From positions 85,395-149,394 of the forward strand of contig QKAF01000009.1 of NCBI GenBank assembly GCA_003246455.1: DNA of 64,000 bases, in the 5' to 3' direction. This document shows, piece after piece, positions 60,101 through 64,000 of the stretch. The position numbers and the translations under genes were made by a program. Every line of letters starts with the position of its first letter. Positions within the stretch are counted from its first letter, which is position 1. Origin of the DNA: Bacteroidota bacterium (GTDB lineage: Bacteria; Bacteroidota; Ignavibacteria; SZUA-365). Below the pieces are notes generated by a model. That model worked only from the letters and a program-made list of their open reading frames with translations. It had not been told where the DNA came from and did no database searches.

Positions 60101-60370
60101 ACGAAAAACGGGACAGCGGGGCCGTCGAGCGACATCGACCTGCTCGTGCATCACGACGCGAGCCCCGAGCAGATGCAGTGCATGCAGCACTGGTTTCTCG
60201 GCTGGGGGCAGAGCCTGGCCGAGGTCAACTTCCTCCGCACCGGGTATCGGAATGACAATATTCTCGATATCCACTACGTCACCGACGACGACATCGCGCG
60301 CCGCAGCAGTTACGCCGCGAAAATCAACGCCATCACCGATGCCGCGCGTCCCCTGCGCATTCATCCGTAG
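57188..60370 (+). CDS. GAF + PEP/pyruvate-binding (PPDK_N) + nucleotidyltransferase fusion protein
   Basis: N-terminal ERAKELNCLY..PPGWQFP..GPFLHEERKLI GAF-like; GKLGGKSSGL, IVRSSSLLED..FSGKY, GLGTRAVD, VDIEFA, LQCRP; GPGRWGS..SFGTHFFQDL; C-terminal YIFGS..GPSSDIDLLV. Confidence 0.85.
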   Translation: MNMNKKEKSLGDLLYALGERAKELNCLYHVEEVLSRNDAAQEEVLNGIIAAIPPGWQFPDICRVRIRLGNKSFTSPEFQPTQWKLVSSIVVQDKVEGSIEVYYAREVGTADEGPFLHEERKLINTIAERIGHYLLHQQLRHVFNEWQTLKEQLAENKRPEWKVILEMLRRTDQNLYTRISRKMLNRLCWSGIKTACELMQRFGTRNGDSQDVFGESNRPRQREELYNFMSSSDEIFQIAAEHLSDEEILSLIQKWIKDDKASFLVNTVENLDTSLSEIVDAIGRFYHIFPEGIELSPSTEKGLRVSLIRRFFTEQLPYINVAKQYLEVRDFAELVRRIIFHQKSHGKLGGKSSGLFLAGQILMKEGGESGRFPNVRIPKTWYITSDGILNFIHYNNLEEVFNQKYLDIEQVREEYPSIIQVFKNSYFSPEFIKGLTMALDDFGDIPLIVRSSSLLEDSMNAAFSGKYKSLFLANTGTKAERMAALLDAIAEVYASTFGPDPIEYRAERGLLDFHEEMGIMIQEVVGTRIGRYLMPVWSGVAFSHNEFRWSPRIKREDGLIRLVPGLGTRAVDRVGDDYPVLIAPGQPSLRVNITPDEIVRYSPKKIDVINLESSSFETVDILDLLRETGHSYPGINTIVSQYDGDTIRQPFGFDLDFEKSVYAVTFNGLIASTRFLKNIREMLLLLQERLQTPVDIEFASDGRDLYLLQCRPQSFTRHNIPAPIPQDIPRERKLFTAQRYISNGHVPDITHIVYVHPDRYAALPDRQALLSVGRCVGRLNKVLPKRQFTLMGPGRWGSRGDIKLGVNVTYSDINNTALLVEIAHDLGGYLPDLSFGTHFFQDLVESSIRYLPLYPDEADVHFNEAFLTRSKNILADILPDYAFLSDTVFVIDVSASSGGKILRVLMNAEIEQAVGYLEDPVNVQPEPQDFPAPVQRTVEDHWEWRLRMAERLANDLHPEDFGIKGLYIFGSTKNGTAGPSSDIDLLVHHDASPEQMQCMQHWFLGWGQSLAEVNFLRTGYRNDNILDIHYVTDDDIARRSSYAAKINAITDAARPLRIHP

Positions 60371-60415
60371 CGAAATTCAGATCGGAACGATTTTCCGGGT
60401 TTTCCCCGGCCCGGC

Positions 60416-61276
60416 TCAGAGCAGTTCCCGCGTTGCGTTCTGCGGAAATTCGGGATCGAAGCGGACCAGCGCGAGCTCGGGACCGCGATGCGCGGCGCTG
60501 TAACACCAGCTGTCTCCGAGTTTTTCCTGCCAGCTTCCGGTGATGGAGGCGGATTCGTGGATATGTCCGTGCAGGGTGATGCGGGGCTGCCGCTTGAGGA
60601 TGAATTTCCTGATCGCGACGCTGCCCACGTGCACGTCCACCGGCGCATGATCGATTTTCCTGCCGTCGAGCGCGGCCCGGTCGAGCGCCGTATTATAGGG
60701 CGGCGCGTGAAAGAGCATGATGGCCTGCGAAAGATCCGTATCCCCGGCAAGCTCCTCCAGGTCGGCCTGTATGGTCGCGTAGCGAATTTCCGACGGATTG
60801 ACCGGAATGCTCCGCCGTCCCTCTTCGGGCGATACGCAGCCCGGATCCACGTAACGCGACACGTCGTACCGCTCCCAGTCCTTGAGCTGGAACGGCGAGG
60901 GCGGCACATAGCTGTATCCATACGCGGTATACCCGCCGATCGAATCGCTGCCGCCGTGCAGATACGTCCACAGCGCGGCAAACCGCGATTCGCGCAGCGA
61001 TGCCTCGACCCGACGCGGGTCGTCGTTCCCGAGGATGAGGAAGACCCGGGGATACTGTTCGCCCAAGGCCTCCGAGAGCCGGCGGAGCTGCGCCGCGAGA
61101 TAATCCTCGATGAAATCCGCGACGACGGGAAATTGTGCCGCGGCCGCGCGATGGGCACCCGGAAGCAGATCTCCGCCGAAGAAAACGGCAGCGGGATGCT
61201 CGCGCTCGATCGCATTGAAAAGCTGTTCGTAACGGCGCTGATGTCCGTGCAGGTCGGAGACGAAAAAACAGTTCAT
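60416..61276 (-). CDS. Metallophosphoesterase (calcineurin-like, Icc-related)
   Basis: SDLHG, GGDL, GNDD, HAPP, HGHIHES. Confidence 0.85.
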   Translation of the reverse strand: MNCFFVSDLHGHQRRYEQLFNAIEREHPAAVFFGGDLLPGAHRAAAAQFPVVADFIEDYLAAQLRRLSEALGEQYPRVFLILGNDDPRRVEASLRESRFAALWTYLHGGSDSIGGYTAYGYSYVPPSPFQLKDWERYDVSRYVDPGCVSPEEGRRSIPVNPSEIRYATIQADLEELAGDTDLSQAIMLFHAPPYNTALDRAALDGRKIDHAPVDVHVGSVAIRKFILKRQPRITLHGHIHESASITGSWQEKLGDSWCYSAAHRGPELALVRFDPEFPQNATRELL

Positions 61277-61285
61277 AATGGTGCG

Positions 61286-61912
61286 CTACCGTCGCGGCCG
61301 GAAGTAATACTGCAGTGAAAGCGTGGTGAAGGAGAATCCGTCCTTGTCGTCGCCCCGGACCAGGAGGTCCCACTTGTCGGTATTGGTAAACGTCACACCG
61401 AAGAGCGCGCGAACGCCGAGCTGTCTCCATGAGATGATTTCGAACCCGGCGGCTCCGCTGAAGGAGAGGTACCGCAGCGCCTCGGATTCGTAGAGCTCAC
61501 GTCCGACGCGCAGCTCCGGATCGATGACGATGCCGCCTCCGCGGAGCTGCAGGATCGGGAAAAGGCTGCCGCGCAGCATGGGGATGCGCAGTTCGAGCAG
61601 CGCCCCGCCCGTGAGGAACGGCGTATTCGATTCCATGCCGTTCGCCGCGGAACGCATGTACCCGCCCCCGCCGTAGAGCCCGATGGCGAAATTCCGGTGA
61701 ATCACGTATGCGAGTTCGAGATTCGAAACGGGACGGAAATGGTAATCCTTGGACTCCTTCGTCAGGTCGCTCCCGAGAACGCCGGCACCGGCTTCGATAC
61801 CCAGGCGGATCGACCGCACGCGCGGGGCATACGGGTAGCCGCGCATCTGCGCCTCCGCCTGGATCGTGAACAACAGTACGAGAACGGAAGCGAGGGAAAC
61901 GAAGCGTTTCAT
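61286..61912 (-). CDS. Outer-membrane beta-barrel protein
   Basis: Signal peptide AEA-Q, amphipathic strands, aromatic terminal strand LSLQYYF. Confidence 0.65.
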   Translation of the reverse strand: MKRFVSLASVLVLLFTIQAEAQMRGYPYAPRVRSIRLGIEAGAGVLGSDLTKESKDYHFRPVSNLELAYVIHRNFAIGLYGGGGYMRSAANGMESNTPFLTGGALLELRIPMLRGSLFPILQLRGGGIVIDPELRVGRELYESEALRYLSFSGAAGFEIISWRQLGVRALFGVTFTNTDKWDLLVRGDDKDGFSFTTLSLQYYFRPRR

Positions 61913-62020
61913 GAAAAACTCTTAGATTGGGAGGAGGAACGCGTGCCGGACTTCAGGCAAGAGAAGGTATTGTGCGCGCGAAGTGTGCCGCTAGTATAAC
62001 AAAAATGCGACAGGACCGCA

Positions 62021-62713
62021 ATGAACACTCCCTCACTCTTCGCGACGGAAACACCGCGCCAGGCGCGCGCACGGATGAAACGGGTTCTGACCGCACTGGG
62101 CGCAGTCTTCCCCGCCCCCGCATGCGCGCTGCTGCATGAAAACCCGTTTCAGCTGCTGATCGCGACCATCCTGTCGGCGCAATGCACGGATGAACGGGTC
62201 AACATGGTTACCCCGGCGCTTTTCGCGCGCTATCCGGACGCGGAAGCCATGGCAGCCGCCGATGTCGACGACATCGCCGAGATCATTCGAAGCACCGGTT
62301 TTTTTCAGAACAAGTCGAAAAACATCAAGGGCTGCTGCATGGCGCTGGTTGAGCGGCATGGCGGGAAAGTGCCGAAGACCATGGATGAACTGACCGCGCT
62401 TCCGGGGGTGGGACGGAAAACGGCAAACGTGGTTCTCGGAAACGCGTTCGGCGTGCCCGGCTTCCCGGTCGACACCCATGTGCGGCGCATCGCCAATCTG
62501 CTTCAGCTGACCGATTCGGAAAATCCGGAAATCATCGAACAGCATCTCTGCGCCATCACGCCGGAGTCCGCGTGGACCGAAGCGAGCCACCTGCTGATTC
62601 TGCACGGCCGCGCCACCTGCATCGCCCGGCGTCCCCGCTGCGCGGAATGCGTCATACGCCGCGATTGCCCCAGCGCCCTGGATCAGACACCCCCGAAGGG
62701 GCGGAAGGGCTGA
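62021..62713 (+). CDS. nth: Endonuclease III
   Basis: LLIATILSAQCTDERVN, HhH LPGVGRKTANVV, VDTHV, 4Fe-4S motif C-X6-C-X2-C-X5-C. Confidence 0.95.
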   Translation: MNTPSLFATETPRQARARMKRVLTALGAVFPAPACALLHENPFQLLIATILSAQCTDERVNMVTPALFARYPDAEAMAAADVDDIAEIIRSTGFFQNKSKNIKGCCMALVERHGGKVPKTMDELTALPGVGRKTANVVLGNAFGVPGFPVDTHVRRIANLLQLTDSENPEIIEQHLCAITPESAWTEASHLLILHGRATCIARRPRCAECVIRRDCPSALDQTPPKGRKG

Positions 62714-62723
62714 CCCCGCGTTG

Positions 62724-63800
62724 CTACTCCGCCGACAGGCGCAGCAGCTCGACGACCATGACGAGGGCCTTCTCCATGTCTTCGACGTAGATGTGTTCAT
62801 CCGTCGAGTGTTCCAGACGGGCGCCGATACCGACGACGGCCATTTCGATGCCCATGTTGTTGTAGATGGACGCATCGGTGAAACCGGTGATGAACGTCGT
62901 CGAGGCCTCGATGCCTGCCGTCTTCAGGGCCGTCACTGCCGTATTCACCGTCCATGAATCGGCGGGAATGTCCACCGCCTTGCAGAGGTTGTTCGTGGTG
63001 ATCTCGACGGTCGCCCCGTTACTCTCCCCTTCGCGCCGGATGATGCCTTCCATTTCTTCGGCGAGCGCCGCGGCTTTTTCATGCACCAGGCTTCGGCATT
63101 CGGCGAGGAAGCGGACGCGGTCAGGAACGCCGTTGCGGATGATTCCCCCTTCGATCACGCCGACGTTGGCCGTCGTCTCATGATCGAGCCGGCCGAGACG
63201 CAGCGCGCCGATGGCGCGGGCCGCTGCCTGGATCGCGTTGATGCCTTTCTCCGGCTCCATGCCCGCATGCGCCGCGCGACCGGTAATCGTCACGTCGATC
63301 GCGTAGTATGACGGTCCGCCGATGACGATGGTATCGAGCGTATCATTGTCGAGGAGGAAACCGCGCCGCGCGGTAAGCAGGCTGTAATCCAGGTTTTTCA
63401 CACCCAGCAGTCCGATTTCTTCCTGACGGCTGATGGCGATTTCCACCGGGGGACGCACCTCGGCGATGCGAAGCGCCTCGAGCATCTCCGCGATGCCGGC
63501 CTTGTCGTCGGCCGCGAGGATGGTGTTCCCCGCCGAGCGGATGACACCGTCCGCGAGCACCGGCTCGATGCCCACGCCGGGCTTCACCGTATCGGCGTGG
63601 CACGACAGCAGTATCGGGGCTTTCCCCTCGCATCCCTTCGCCGGCAGTTTCGCGACGAGATTGCCGTAGGCATCGGTCTGCGCTTCCGCGCCGAGCGCCT
63701 CGAATTCCTTTTTCAGATAGGCGATCATATCGGCTTCATTCCCCGACTCGCTGGGAATGCGCACCATCTCCATGAATTGCTGAATCATTCGATCGGTCAT
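62724..63800 (-). CDS. M20B peptidase T-like tripeptidase
   Basis: SCHADTV, AADDKAG, EEIGLLG, AHAGMEPEKGINAI, HSTDE; start ATG 63800 after GAGG. Confidence 0.88.
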   Translation of the reverse strand: MTDRMIQQFMEMVRIPSESGNEADMIAYLKKEFEALGAEAQTDAYGNLVAKLPAKGCEGKAPILLSCHADTVKPGVGIEPVLADGVIRSAGNTILAADDKAGIAEMLEALRIAEVRPPVEIAISRQEEIGLLGVKNLDYSLLTARRGFLLDNDTLDTIVIGGPSYYAIDVTITGRAAHAGMEPEKGINAIQAAARAIGALRLGRLDHETTANVGVIEGGIIRNGVPDRVRFLAECRSLVHEKAAALAEEMEGIIRREGESNGATVEITTNNLCKAVDIPADSWTVNTAVTALKTAGIEASTTFITGFTDASIYNNMGIEMAVVGIGARLEHSTDEHIYVEDMEKALVMVVELLRLSAE

Positions 63801-63877
63801 GCGTTTTTCCTCAGTTGAAACAAATGGCACTGTGCACGTTCCGGCCGCGGCAGGGCGCCGGAAGCACGGCGGATCCG

Positions 63878-64000
63878 CTAGCGGAACTTCACCGTGACGA
63901 CATCCTCGGTTTCCACGCGGAGACCGGGAATTTTTTTGAGCAGCTCCTTCGCCGCTTTCGGATCCATGTCTTCCGCGTCCTTGAGCTGCGAGAGCATTTC
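63878..64000 (-). CDS. C-terminus of an unidentified protein (partial, enters from window end)
   Basis: Open frame EMLSQLKDAEDMDPKAAKELLKKIPGLRVETEDVVTVKFR* with genome-typical codon usage. Confidence 0.55.
   Translation of the reverse strand, partial: EMLSQLKDAEDMDPKAAKELLKKIPGLRVETEDVVTVKFR

Noticed and set aside
60000..60370. MNT antitoxin of a HEPN-MNT toxin-antitoxin pair, or CBASS cyclase
   Set aside because: Domain is fused in frame to the dikinase-like protein; no HEPN or effector gene is adjacent

Overview
High-GC bacterial chromosomal window, most likely Bacteroidota sensu lato (Ignavibacteria/Rhodothermia-like). It has many secreted proteins ending in (QNYPNPFNP)-type T9SS C-terminal sorting domains and TAnnTTTG -7 promoter boxes, but also clear Shine-Dalgarno sites. 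I found no rRNA, tRNA, CRISPR array or mobile element. Housekeeping genes include guaB, purD, a glutaryl-CoA-type acyl-CoA dehydrogenase, wecB, an SSADH, nth and peptidases. The most striking region is 46.4-60.4 kb, where three different glutamate dehydrogenases (NAD-type, NADP-type, family II) alternate with three ~1000-aa PEP-synthase/PPDK-like ATP-grasp proteins. These lack the pyruvate-binding TIM barrel, keep a putative phospho-His swivel, and carry sensory modules: tandem receiver domains in two, GAF plus a C-terminal nucleotidyltransferase in the third. I propose this is an uncharacterised dikinase-based signalling or post-translational control system for GDH (inference). Also notable: a DnaA-box cluster after guaB, an orphan sigma-like/zinc anti-sigma pair, a Tat+T9SS DUF362 protein, a P3A H+-ATPase, and a four-variant minisatellite between tandem paralogues. 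All calls are from motif recognition by eye; no database searches were run.
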